Origin: Utricularia gibba
Taxonomy: Eukaryota; Plantae; Magnoliophyta
Assembly: GCA_002189035.1 (NCBI GenBank)
Contig: CM007991.1
Coordinates: forward strand, 1,178,001 to 1,242,000
DNA length: 64,000 nucleotides
Direction of reading: 5' to 3'
Position 1 is the stretch's first letter. The number at the start of each line of letters is the position of its first letter. The position numbers were made by a program, and so were the translations under genes. Positions 35,923 to 48,908 of the stretch are shown here, piece after piece. Below the pieces are notes generated by a model, which was not told where the DNA came from, did not search any database, and saw only the letters and a program-made list of their open reading frames with translations.

Positions 35923-38050
35923 TTAAATACATGTTGGTTTCGCATCAATTGAGAATAGCGAGTAAACTGGCCGGTGATCGGAAAATCTGGACTCGCCATG
36001 AACGTAACATAATTGATTGATGTTGTTGCCCTTCCAAAGAATCCTGTCACACCTAAGTTGCACAAAGACAATGATGATCATGTTGGAACTCATGCCATTT
36101 TACAAACAACTTGCATGTAGATGATATTAGGTTGTATATTCGTAAGTACCATGCAGGGTTTCGACGTTTGTGTGATGACGTTTGGACGAACAAATTCGAA
36201 TCAACGATGTATTTGTAAGTTGGAGGGAAGAAGATTTCCCCTTCTTCCCATCCCTCGAATACACCCCCGTCTCCCATCTCGGCAAGCAACTATTGTACCA
36301 AAGTAACAAAATCATAAATAAATTTATAATTATAATATTTAAACTTGTAGAGAATAAATATAATTATTTACTTTTTTATTTAAAATTAAAAAACAAAAAC
36401 AAAAGAAAAATTTAGGTATATACCTCATCATTGTTAACGAGTTGTCGCCAGTCCTTCCTCTCGAGGAACTCTTGGGCCGCATTGCAGTTCAATACGAGGC
36501 GATAGTTCAAGTCCCCGAGCCATATTACATTACTGAGAGAGACTAACGGTAAGTACGTAACACACGGAGTAGATTGAAGAGTGAAAAGCTGCTGCTTACT
36601 CGTGATCGAGAATGGACGCCGGGGAGTCACCGGAGTTTGAGAATCTGGTCCTCTTTAGAATCTCCGCCACGTCGGAGTTTCTCCGGCCTGCGTCCCCCTC
36701 TTTATCGCCTGAAGCCAGGTGGGAGCACACAAAGCAGTATGTTGTGCCCGACAACCTCATACTCATCGAAACAGATCCCTAATTGCACCCAATTTAGGTA
36801 AATACACTATTCACACTAGATGTAAAGTGGAAGATAAATGGAAGCAATGAGCCAGTGGTACCTTGTTTCCGAGGTATCCCATCACGCCTGTCCCAACGCA
36901 GGACACTTTCAAGGCGGAGATGCTCCGACGAAGGTCACGGCGGATCCACACGGAGAGGAATATTCCGACCATCTGCTTGCTCGCGGCAAGATAGTACTTG
37001 TTTTGTCGCAACGCCACGTGGTCGGAGGCGGGCGAGCTCTCCCCCTCGCTAGACGAGCACGAATCCGAACATGAACTCGATAAGTTCGCAAACACATCCG
37101 GGCGATTGGAGAGCAGTTCATAGAAACTAAGCCTGGATTTTGTAGATCCGTTAAGTGTCCGTCTGATCAGCGACAACCACCATCGAGCAGGGCTGGGATC
37201 CTCCGGCCCGAGCACGTTCCCGGGTTGAGTGGCACAATTTCTTGGAACCTGGGTACATCCATTTATTGCAAAGTTTAAAGTTTATGCCACCATAATTGTA
37301 CTATAGCTAAGTATTTACCCCAGTACATAAATGTCGGCTGGTGTCTCGAGCCTTAGCCAATCTTTAAGGTCCATCTCATCTTCCGGGGCCTTGCCTCCCA
37401 CATTCCAGGTTCCCACAAACATCCTGCAAGTCAAAATATCATAAACTTTAGAAATATCAACGTAGCTTCAAAGTTAGAGCAAAGGGTCATATTCCAGACC
37501 TTTAAAAAGGCGCATGTAGTGCATGTGCAGTAATGGAACAAACACACACACAAACCTGTGGTTTCTTATGCTCCAGCTCGGAGATTCATTTCCGTCGTTC
37601 ATCTCTGCGGTCCGTTGGTCTGTTCCATTCCACGATTCCGATTAAAACAAAGTTAGATGCTATTTATAGAGGGGCCATTCCCAGCCGTTCTTTTTCAAAC
37701 AAGAGAACAAATGATTTGATTGTGCATTTTAAGATGGAAGGGATGAGGAATTAAAGTGGAAATCGATCGATCTTGTTTGATGAGACTTTAGCGGGAAAGA
37801 AAATAACCGGAAAATTCTCCCGGCATGGCGGGGCAACTCTTCCATCCCTGTATCGTGCTGTGGTGATAGTCGGAGAGAAATTCCACTCCGCCGCTTCTAC
37901 TGTTGAGCAATTTTCTCACCACGGCTTTGGACCATGAGTGCTGAGTTCAGAACAGAGGAAAAATATGACCTGAAATTGCATATTTTGAGCATGTACAATC
38001 AATGAACTTAGAACTAAACAAACCTTGGGATTTCTTCCTTCTCGATTCAT
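35923..38050 (-). CDS. Type I inositol polyphosphate 5-phosphatase (apparent 1-nt deletion at 37219-37224)
   Basis: [95 protein letters not shown]. Confidence 0.92.
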
Positions 38051-41000
38051 TTGCTGAGCTCTCACAGATTCCGATGAGCTCAACCCCTGAAAACGATTCG
38101 CCGCAAAATTATTTCATCATCAACCAATTATGTTTTTCGCTATCTCCCTCGAAAAAGAATAATATTCTCAAAGTCGTGTGATATCCAAAGAAAAAAAAGA
38201 TGAAAAATGAGATATGTTTTTGGAGCCCGCGTTCTGAAGCTTGAAGTGGGACAGTTCTGGTTTTTAGTAACTTGGGTTTTGACTGGTGAAACAGCAGAAG
38301 GCATTGAATAGAAGCATGGAAGTTTCAGATGAAGGTCCGACGAGAGGACAGACTACGTTGTTTCCAGTTGGACAAAGGAGGCAGGGGGAAAACGCCGAAA
38401 TCTCCCCATTTTCCCATACCCTAAAATCCAAAACCCATCTCCAAAATCAACAGCTCCAACTATGAAACTGCTGAGACGATGCAGCAGTAAAAATGGAGAA
38501 TGAACGGTAATATAGTTTACTTACACGAGTCAACGGCGAGAAGTCGCGATCTCCTCCGACAACCGAGTCGAACACCAGCAAAGATTGAAAAGCAGGAAGA
38601 ATAGAAACCGAAGAAAAATGAAATTGCGCCTTGGGGAAGACAGAAACGAACTGCTCTTAAATTTATAGTGCCACGCGTGAAAACGACTGTGAAGTTGAGG
38701 CGCGTGAAACGGGAGATAATTTACTATTTCTGGAATAAAAATATATTTTGTATTTAAACACAACAAACACATATTACATAATATATTAGTAGCTATAGGT
38801 TTTTTTATACATATATATATATTATATATATGTTTGTTTTATCTTATTCTATACTACCATGATTAGATCTTAGTCTTTTGGAGTTGCATATTCTATCCAA
38901 CCATAAATTTCGGAAATTTTTCGATCAAACCCGATTCATGTTTCAATGTTTTGAATCACATTTTTTAGTAGGTAAAATGAGTAGCGAAGTCGCCATTTTA
39001 AAACAATAGTGTTTTTTGCACGTCTCTAAAAAGAGTGAACTTGGTGCATGCATTTGGTTGCAAAGTTGCTATGGGAACCGTATGTTCATTGTTGTGGCCC
39101 ACACGAAACGAGCGCCAGTTAAAAGTGTTTAAGTTTGGTAAAAAAACCACTAAAATATAACTTCCAATGACGTCAAGAAGATAAACTTTGGACCGACTCA
39201 GTAAAAAAAAAAAAAAAAAAAGGTTAAGGGCATTGAGGTCTTACTATATTTACTATAAAAAAATGTGTTGACCATCCGGGTAAATGAATTTATGTTGAAA
39301 TTCGAAACGAAATTATAAAGTTAATGCAGTAATAATCAATGCTTCATTTAGTTACAATTTGACCCCAACGCCCCTTCCTGGGGGCAATCTAGTTACTTAC
39401 TCATCCCTTAATTAAAATGTGCAATATTAGACCAAGAATAAATAATATAATATAGTGTGATATCTCAAAATAAAAAAATGAGAATTGAAAAAAATATATA
39501 TATCATGGATTATTAAAACATCAATTTCATATAAATTTCCACAATTTTTTCTTATAAACACAAATTTAAATATTAAAAAAATAAGGATGCACATAGAGTT
39601 GTTAGAGACAACGGCAATAATGTCCAACGGCGAGTCAGTAAGAACAACCGTGCCCAAAATATCCCACAATTATTTACCTAATTCCTGGCCCAAATATCTG
39701 TGGAAAATCCTTCAATATTTAAAATATTAATGAATGAAATAAATACTATATATTAAATTCTTAAAGACTTGGGTGGTCCTTGTCGAAATTGATTCTATAG
39801 AGACGAAAGCAGGATTTTTTATTAGTGACTTAATTGAACATTTATTTTATTGAATAATAACAAAATAATAACAAAATAATAATAATAATAATAGTATTTT
39901 TATGGTGTATAGTAATTAAAATCAATAAAAGTCAATTACCCATTACAGTCAACCTCGGCTTTTATTGCTACTGGTCGGGCTCCATGTCTTTTACTGGGCC
40001 TCCGCTACGGCCCACTAATATCCAACGGATCGTACATTCTGAGCTTACGTGTCAGCCAGTAAATGGGCCTTTCGTTTACTACTAGTCCACTTGAGTGAAT
40101 GAATATTATTTATTTAAAAAAAAAGATCATTGACCGGAAACTAATTTACATGATAGGGAACGAATATAAGCTACGCCTTGATCCGTACATATATTTTAGA
40201 TATCTCATGGTCAATGGGATCGTCAAAATCGACGGCGAATGCCGATTTCTAACAAAGAAATCTTGCCTACCTTGTGACATATGTACCAAAGAATAAAAAG
40301 ATGGGCAAACCCTAATTATCCAACATGGAAAAAAAGAAAGAGCAAGGAATGGATAGGAGTCAAATGGATAAGGAATCATCCCTCAGAGATAAGGATACAC
40401 AAGGAAACAAATCACGGGCGGCGGTGCTATTTTTCCGGAGGGCTGCATTATCCACACGAGATTATGCATATTCTCAACCAAGACACATTGAGCATCATCA
40501 TCGCCCAACTTCTCTACCAGGTTCACCACTAGGTAACTCATTTTTTAAGCACATCTAAGTCGATTTCGATTTCGAATCAATACACATCTACAAACTCTCC
40601 AACCATCATCTTAGGGACTCAATGGAATTAGCTTATTAGTATATGTTCTTTCTCCTCCTATCTATGGAAAAAAAAATGGAGGTTTGTTGATGCATCTTCA
40701 TGAATGTAAACCAGTGCACGAACGTATTAGAATACACAGTCTCACATCGAAAAATGAAATTAAAATAAGAAATTATAAATCACTATTAATTGATTAGATC
40801 CAATATTTTCTAATGTGATCTACGTTTTTTATGTACTTAGGTTTTACATGTGATCGTACAACCCATCGAATCATGAATTTCAACAAAACAAAGTATTTGG
40901 CCAATAGGGATCAATTGAAGGTATACAGATCGGCCTACAACTGGAATGCAGTAGGAAATAAGATCTATAGTTTCAAGATCTTGATCGTTAGAGACTGGCT

Positions 41001-41344
41001 AGAATGCTATGAGTATGTTGAAACTGGACCATGATGGGATAAAGTGAGACTGTGGTAAATAATTTTTATTATAAAAAATTTAATACAAATTTATAACTAA
41101 TTTCATTTTTAAAACACTGATGGATAGATTTGTTTTATGACTAAATAACTGGCGGATAGGGTTTTTATTTATGCATTTTCCCCATGCCTCAAATTGGTTG
41201 CCATATTTATTTTAACCTTTTAATAATATTTTTATCTGGTCAAGATCCGACCAGACACATACAATGCTGTTTTGTCCTCTTGCTATAAATAAATGAAATT
41301 GGATGATGATGTAAGAACCTCGTAACAGCAGCGGGCCCGCGGGC

Positions 41345-41414
41345 CACGTGAAGTGGGGATGACAGCTGGGAAATTAATATCTCCCCCAGCCAATCAGCGC
41401 TCGTCGCCCACGTG
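41345..41414. promoter_or_regulatory. G-box pair with CCAAT box upstream of the 1589-family gene
   Basis: CACGTG at 41345-41350 and 41409-41414, CCAAT at 41390, about 200 nt upstream of the ATG. Motif match only. Confidence 0.4.
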
Positions 41415-41605
41415 GATTTCATGGACCCCAGTCCGTTACCTCTACAGTATCCTATATTTTATTTTTAATTTTCAAGTAGTAATTAAAAAAAAATCCCTCT
41501 AGGCCTTCGTTCTCCACATTAAAACAACCCCTTCTCCTTCTATTTCATTCACCTCTTCACTTTCTTCTTTTGGGATCGCAGGGGGATTCTGATCAGGCGC
41601 TGCTC

Positions 41606-42302
41606 ATGGGTTCCCATCTTCATCCAACTCTCCCACCCAATACATCTACATGGTAAGTTCTTTCGCCCCTACGGATTCGATTTCTCGATTTGGGATGGGT
41701 TTTTGACCTAGAGAAACGACGATCGAATAACGATCTCTTGGTTCGAAAATTTGGGAGGAACCCATCATGCTTCTTGTTTAGATTCTGTAGTTGATCAACT
41801 CTTCATGGAGATGGTCGGTCCATTATTGATGTTATTATTGGGTTTGACAAAGTGGGTCAGATGTATAAATGGGAACCTTTAATAGTTAAAAAGGACTCTG
41901 CTTGGAGGAGTAATATCTGATGGGCAGCTTTTGGGGGTGCAGGTTCATAATCTTATAGAGCAGTGCTTAGTGTTCAACCTGAGCAAGGAGGAATGCATGG
42001 AAGCTCTCTCCAAGCATGCAAATATCAATCCTGTCGTTACCTCCACAGGCAATCAATCATCTCATGCCGATTTCTTCTGTGTTCTCATCGCTTTTGCTGT
42101 ACTGATGATTTGACTCTGATCCACCCCATCTTCGTTTTTTCAGTATTGGGATGATGTATGAACTTGACTTTTTGTGTATGTGCATACAGTGTGGAAGGAA
42201 CTGGAGAAAGAAAACAAAGAGTTCTTCCAGTCGTATAGTAAAAGAAGGGGAGCAACCAAAGCAAATCCGGACGAATTTCTGGGACCATCGTCCGGGAAAT
42301 GA
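41606..42302 (+). CDS. Plant protein 1589 (A_thal_3526) family small protein; 3 exons, GC-AG intron 42049-42189, apparent 1-nt deletion at 41613-41615
   Basis: YIYM|VHNLIEQCLVFNLSKEECMEALSKHANINPVVTST|VWKELEKENKEFF. ATG 41606 is one base out of frame with this domain; the alternative start is ATG 41650. Confidence 0.85.
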
Positions 42303-43057
42303 CGGCGGCGCCGCCGGGTAGTGTTGTGTTGTACAGGTATGCACCATGCGCAAGAGGAGCCGGTGCTGTCGATCCGTGATTGGCCGATCTGCTTTTTATC
42401 CTGGGCTTGCTCTTCGTAATTCTTGATGGGCCCTCTGTAGGGGCCCATGTCGGATAGATATATTTTTTTTTCCGTCTAATCAAAAAATGGTGCCACGTCA
42501 GGCTTCGGTGGAGTGGATGGGGATGGCTCTCAACCGAGCCAAATCTGCTTCCGGCGGTCTCAATGCATTGGTGCTTGTTACCATTTTTAGCTGCATTTTA
42601 TTATAGCAATGAGCTTTAGGGAAGATACCACTTTTGTTGTACAAATGAATCGAATCGAATCGAAATATCAATGACAATGTCGAAAAACAAAGAGATTGAA
42701 AAATTGAACACAAAAAATCTGGCTTTTGGAATCATGTCTAAACATGCGGCAATTAGAAGGATTTCATTAGGTAATTAGACCATTACAAGAAATGACGTCA
42801 TCAGGACTATTTTTTAAAAAAAGTTACGTCGATATTCTTATATTAAAATTTTTATTTGTTAATGATGTCAAATTGGTTTGGGCTTTTAGTTGGGTCAATT
42901 GTGCATTGAAGAAACCCATTAAAAGCGTGGCCCAGGCCGGTTGTCATTGTCTCAATTACGAGAAAAATTCGACTTTGGTTTTAACGGCTTTGGAACTGGA
43001 AATGTCGATAGGGTTTAGGATATAGGTTTTTCGTTTTTTTTTTTCTAAACCCTCGCA

Positions 43058-44146
43058 ATGGATTCGCTGAACGTCGTCGCCGTGAATCAGATCGGCCGTC
43101 GGCCGCCTCTGCCGCCGCTTTCCTCTGAGCGTGTGTTATGTTTGAAGTCTGTATCTCGTACATGCTTCAGGTTTCCTAACCGGCCCCCGCCGTTGCGCGC
43201 ATCTCCGCTTGCAGTTAGAGCGTTTTTCTGGAAATTGGGAAATGAGACAGCTAAGGAGTCTGAAAAGGTACCGGATTTGCATGTCAAGGCGGGTAATGAA
43301 GCGTCGAGTGTGGTTTTTTCCTCGCTGAAGGCCGTCGTTGCAACCGCTGTCGCTTCGGGGGCAATGCTTTGCGCGTTGTGTTGGGTTTCTTCGCAGCCTG
43401 TGTGGGCTGTCCCTAGTTTATCGACACAGATTTCCGAGGAAGAGGAGAAAGAGTCGATAATGATTGAAGAGACGGAGAAGTTTCTTGATGAGCAATTTCA
43501 TTCAGATCAATGCGACGTTGAAGGGCTCAAAACTCTAATGGAAATCAAGGTAAAGAACAAAAAGATTCCTGAAGCCATTGAGGTTCTCAATAAGTTAACC
43601 CAAGTTGAGCCGGAGGAAGTGGAATGGCCATTGATGAGATCCCATTTATATGCTTATAACGGGGATTACCAAATAGCAAAGAATGGTTTCAGCGAGTTGC
43701 TGAAAATTGATCCTTTTCGTGTTGAAGCTTATCATGGTCTGGTCACCGTAGCGTCCCAAGAGGAATCAGCAGAGGATTTGGGGGTTATCGCGAAGAAGAT
43801 TGAGGAAGCTATTAAGCTTTGTAAGAAGGAGAATAAGAAGAGTGATGCGAGGGATTTTAAGTTGCTCCTTGCTCAAATTAGGGTGATTGAATCAAGATAC
43901 AATGAGGCATTGAAAGCTTATGAAGAATTGGTAAAGGAGGAGCCTAGAGACTTCAGACCATATCTCTGTCAGGGAATTATATACACCATGCTGAGGAAGA
44001 ACAAAGAAGCGGAGAAGAACTTTGAGAAGTACAGAAGATTAGTCCCAAATGGTCACCCATATGCAAGCTACTTTGATGATAATATGATGGCTACCAAGCT
44101 TTTTGCGCAGAAGATGGAGAATGAGGGAGCTATGGCGAAGAGGTAA
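43058..44146 (+). CDS. TPR-like protein with probable chloroplast transit peptide (SLOW GREEN1 / chloroplast lumen family), intronless
   Basis: 362-aa ORF; Ser/Arg-rich N-terminus; PEEVEWPL, DPFRVEAYHGLV, DFKLLLAQIRVIESRYNEALKAYEELVKEEPRDFRPYLCQGIIY. Confidence 0.9.
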   Translation: MDSLNVVAVNQIGRRPPLPPLSSERVLCLKSVSRTCFRFPNRPPPLRASPLAVRAFFWKLGNETAKESEKVPDLHVKAGNEASSVVFSSLKAVVATAVASGAMLCALCWVSSQPVWAVPSLSTQISEEEEKESIMIEETEKFLDEQFHSDQCDVEGLKTLMEIKVKNKKIPEAIEVLNKLTQVEPEEVEWPLMRSHLYAYNGDYQIAKNGFSELLKIDPFRVEAYHGLVTVASQEESAEDLGVIAKKIEEAIKLCKKENKKSDARDFKLLLAQIRVIESRYNEALKAYEELVKEEPRDFRPYLCQGIIYTMLRKNKEAEKNFEKYRRLVPNGHPYASYFDDNMMATKLFAQKMENEGAMAKR

Positions 44147-45245
44147 CAATGTATCTCAGTTTCGTTGGAGCTGAAGTCGTGTTTAAGTTTTGTAGGTGGT
44201 TTCTACGCATGTTCTCGTTGCTGTTGCAGTGTAGTAAATATCCGTCTAGGGGTTTTGACTCTTGAGTGGAGTCTCTTTTCCTTATCAAGTTATCTTTATG
44301 ATCGATGAATAACCAATGCAAGTGCAATGGCTCTTTCGCTCTGTAGAATCATCCTGTAATCTTCTATGTTATTCAGATATGTGGAGTGCTAATTTTTGAA
44401 AAGTTGAATTGAATCAGTTCTTGAGTATACTATTTGCATTGTATTTAGAGCTCGAGCCTCCTAACAATGGCTGCAATGATAGCTGATCCTATACTGTGTA
44501 AGATTCTCACGGTAACAACCACTGGTGATGTGTAAATCTCTTTCGACTCTGATTGAGGGACCAGGCGTGTTCATGCGTAGCTGCCAGCAAAATAATAAAC
44601 ACCTTCAATGATATTAATATGTGCCACTACAAAATCACAATGTAGGTTGGCCAAAAAGTAACTATTACATTTAACTCGCCGGCTACAGTACACTTATGCG
44701 ATTAGTCTTATTCAACTACAACTCTTCCTTCATGAACTTTTTGTTTTCACAGGTTCATCTCTCCATATCTGTTTGAAGATTGATAAAAATCTAGGTTGCA
44801 CAAGACAAGCAAGAAAGTTAGAAGTTCGGTTCTTTTCTCGATTTCTGACTAATATAAGATAAGTCTTCAAGCACAACTTCATATATGACGTCTCATTTCT
44901 AAGCAAATGCAATCCAAAAAAAAAAAAAACTGTCGGTTTTATCAGGTCCCGTTTGGACTATGCTGTGACGGGGAGTAGTGGGTGTCTGTGGTCCGTGTTT
45001 GAATGTATGGATGTATTATTGCAAATACTTGAAGAAAGGACCACATTTGTAGTACCTACCATTTTTAAAATATCCAAGACCTCCATTGTTCGAATGGCAG
45101 AAGTGCCATTTTTTTTCAAACTAGCAACTGTGGTACGAGTTCGCCATTACTGCTTCTTCTGCTGCAACTTTCCCATTCCATCGTATCCTCTCGTTGTCTT
45201 GAAAACAAGCTTAACTCAAGTGTTGACTGTTGGAAAGTTCTTTTG

Positions 45246-48200
45246 ATGGTAAAATAAATCACTTGCCTTTTTCTTTTCTCTTCTTTTATTTCATTTTTTT
45301 TGCTGCCTGGGTTTCTTGATATGAGTTGCTGTACAGGAAGTGCAAGAATCGAGGCATAGAAAGTCAAGAAGTGTTTCCGGTTTTGATGGTTTGTTCTCCA
45401 ATTCTCTGGGAATTGTTTTTTATTTCTCAAGTTTTCGCCTTTAGAAACTTAGTCTGTTTCGCTTTCTGTTGGAGCAAGAATCTTATCTCAGATTCCGAAG
45501 CATGAGCTCGTTCGAATTATGTAAAATCTGCCTCTTTGAAAGACTAATCTTTCTGTTTGATTGATTTGTACATTGTACTTAATTCTGTTTCTTTTGCAAT
45601 ATGTCAAATTCGGGATGAAACTCCGAGAGAATAAATTCTTGAAAAGCAGCATTTTTGTAGCGTAACTGCACACTAACCATTTGATTCACTTATATAACAG
45701 CAGCAAAACAATGCTTTAAGCCCTAACGATTAGAGAAAGTGAACAGTTTTTTTATCTAGTGCTATCTTTTTTTGTTGGTTTTTATTGCAAAAATTCAAAC
45801 TTTTCCTTTTCTTCAGTCCTACTTTATATTCGAACTTTAATAAGCCCGAATCTGTTCATTTTGAGCCTCTGCACTAAAATTTTTCTAGTTCACACATTTA
45901 AAATCTCTGTTTTGATTCTACAGTTTTTCAAATTTGGACATTTTTTAACAGGTAAGAGCCAGAACCAGAAGCAGCAATTTACTTCACGTTGGTCTTCAGA
46001 TTCTCATTTCTGTACAGATGGGAGCAAGGGACATGATATGGTTAGTAGCCATGAATGTTACATTTAAACAATTTATTGTAATGACTTGTAAGTTGTGTTC
46101 TTTAGCTTTCAAAAATAAGCGTTTCAGCAAGCAGTAACAACAAAAAAAGTTATCAATTTTCTTGCGTTCATAGTGTTCCTCGTGCTGCAGCCACTTTAAC
46201 AATGTCACCTGGTCTCTGTAGTTCAACTTTCAGTCAGGGAGGCGGTCGTGCGCTGAAGCTTCTGGTCTATCTATGAACAATTTTCTAGATAAAGAAATGT
46301 CAAAAGAGGTTTCACACAAGAAGCAAACACCAAGTATTGTTGCCAGGCTAATGGGCGTTGAAGGATTGCCATCTCCTGAACCTTTTCACATACAACAAAG
46401 AAAGTTTTCAAACTTCTACCAACATAAAAATGATTCACTGGCTGCTCATGTAAGCTCCCGAGCACATGATTCTCAGAGTTGGAGAAGTTCAGTGGATCAA
46501 GAAGAATGCAAGGATGTGTATGAAGACATCGAAGCATCATGTGTTGTAAACCATAGATGTTCTCCAAGTTGGAACAAGAGATTTGCTCTTGCAAAACCTG
46601 ATATGTCTTCCATTCAGCAGAAGTTATTTGATGCAGAAGAGGAAGTACTTTCAAGTGGTGATTCTATTCAAGGCTTGGAAGATTTGGTTATGAAGCGTCC
46701 TCATGCTCCTCAGATTGATTCCAGGGGTTCTTATGGCAGCCCTATTGCAGTTTTGAAACCTTTGAGTTCTGAAAAGTATGAAAGAAGTGCGAAGGTATGG
46801 AGGCCAGAGAGACACATTAAACGTAGAGGAGGACATTTCTTTGAATCCGACGACTGCCAGAAGGGTCATCTTTTTCGAAGTTCGCTTGATCAAGGTACCG
46901 AGGAAAACATGTTGCCTACTAGGATTGTCCTGCTGAAACCCAAACAGAGGAAGATCAAGAATTCAGGGGCATCCTGCTCATCAGCTTCTCTCCCAGATGG
47001 CTATCAGCTTAGCTACCAAAATGCAAGGGGATATTCAAATGTCAGAGGGGCTGCATCAGGGATGCGGACTAGGGAGAGGCAAATTACAATGAAAATGTTC
47101 GACAGCTGGGATGAATCCGTGGATGCAAAGTCCACTCTTTTTGGAGGATATACAGGGGATGAGAGCTCATACGAGGAAAGTGAAGGCGACTCGGGAAGTG
47201 ATTATGAGATATTTCAATCCCCTTGTAGAACACCACTCTGGGAAGGAGAAGTGTATGCATATCCATCTTCTGTGGTCGAGGGATCATCTAATACTTCATC
47301 TAAAAAGACGCTGTATGCGGGCTGGAAAGGGAATCACAAATATCATGGCTTCGAAATGGTTAGAAATGGTCGCACATTAGCAGAAAGGCTTGCTTCTAAT
47401 CCAACTGCTAAGAGTGTTGTTGTTGGAGGAAACAATCGGTTTAGTAGCTGCAACAGCAGAATGAGTAGCCCGGACGATTGGAAGGACCATAAAAGCCTGA
47501 GTTCGTTCAGATCAGGATTGCTGTCTGAATCTTTCGGTGGCATCAGTAACAGGAAGTGCACTCGTCAGTCTGAGCTAGCAGGAAAGCAGCATGTTCACAA
47601 TGGTGCTGTATGCTACGACAGAAAAAATGCTACGAAGGGAAAGTTACATAATAAATATGACAATTTCTCTGACTTGTGTGGTGAGCAGCCTCACTTCTGT
47701 CAATGGCGGGTAGCTGATGAGATGGGCTGTTCGACAAACACAAATCTCAAGATTCAAACAAAGGTAGCTTGCTTATTCAAGTGCTGCTGGTGAAGCTGTG
47801 TAAAAAGCCCATGATTGATTTTAATTGCGGTTGACATCCATATCTTGTCACATGCTTTCTAACCAGCTATCTTATGTATGTTAAAGTGTCTGCCTCTGGT
47901 AAAAAAGATTTGAATAACCAGATTTGGATCTGTATATTTATTTATGTTTGGAATGGTCATTTTTCCCTGTTTGCAATGACTATATTCTGTTATTTAACTC
48001 CAGGAGAAACCAGTTATTCATGGCTCTTGGCCTTCTGGGCTTCCGAGAGCCGAGCCAGATTCATCTGAGAGATCAAAGGAAGCTGATCATCCAAGTCCAG
48101 TTTCAGTCCTTGAAGTTCCTCGCCATGACGATACATCATTTTCTGAAAGTTTTGAAAGAGTCAATGCTGAACTTCATGGTATGAAAATTGCTTCTGTGTT

Positions 48201-48908
48201 ACAGATTGATTCCATGAATTTTCTCTTCTCTTTTTGCAACGACAACCAAGTGGCTTACATGAATTCTCATGTTTTCTCATAGAACTTCGAAAGAAATTGC
48301 AGCTGCTCAAAATGGAGCCCACCTCATGTGCCGAGACACCTCCCCCTCTTCCCATAGAGGAAGAAACTACCAGCTCCGTTTCTGATAACTTCCATGGACT
48401 AGAATCCGAATCCTGGAAAACATCCTACGCTAATGATGTACTCATTGAAGCTGCAGCCAAAGATTCCAACTTTAGCATCTCCAGAACAACCTGGAAGTAC
48501 TCTAATGACCCTTTAGATCACTCTAATGACCCTTTAGATCCAAAGCTATTCAACTCACTCGAGACGAAATACAACAATGGAATGATGGGATCAAAGTCAG
48601 AAAGAAAGCTACTTTTTGATGTGATCAAGTCATCGCTGCTGGAAATCCTTCAGGACCATGCTGGCTCATTGCCTTGGGTGCAGCCTAAACTGGCAGACTT
48701 GTACTGGAAATCTGAGAAAGAAGCAGTTCGTGATGCGATCGAGGAACTGATGAGCCGAGATTTTTTCAACTGGGAAGCATCAGAGAGTGAGGAACTAGAC
48801 AAGGAGATGGAGTGGTCAGAAATGGAAGGAGAAATCAACCTTCTAGGAATTGATATGGAGAAATTGCTGATAGATGAGATGATATCTGAGCTATGTTCTC
48901 TTTACTAG
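45246..48908 (+). CDS. TON1-recruiting motif (TRM, DUF3741/DUF4378) protein
   Basis: Exons 45246-45248 (ATG), 45337-45388, 45952-46040, 46222-47763, 48004-48178, ~48283-48908. Motifs KEMSKE, PSIVARLMG, TRIVLLKP, DHPSPVSVLE, ERKLLFDVI, IDMEKLLIDEMI. Exon 1 assignment is inferred. Confidence 0.88.
48499..48540 (+). repeat. Perfect 21-bp tandem duplication in the TRM last exon
   Basis: ACTCTAATGACCCTTTAGATC twice, giving SNDPLDH-SNDPLDP. Confidence 0.95.

Noticed and set aside
37619-37645. Apparent non-canonical (GG) acceptor in a 5-phosphatase intron
   Set aside because: A canonical AACAG acceptor 18 nt further on gives the same reading frame.
44474-44555. C/D snoRNA-like layout (CAAT..ATTG stem, CTGA boxes, GTGATGT)
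   Set aside because: Box C is poor (ATGATAG) and I could not match the guide to an rRNA or snRNA target from memory; needs snoscan/Rfam.
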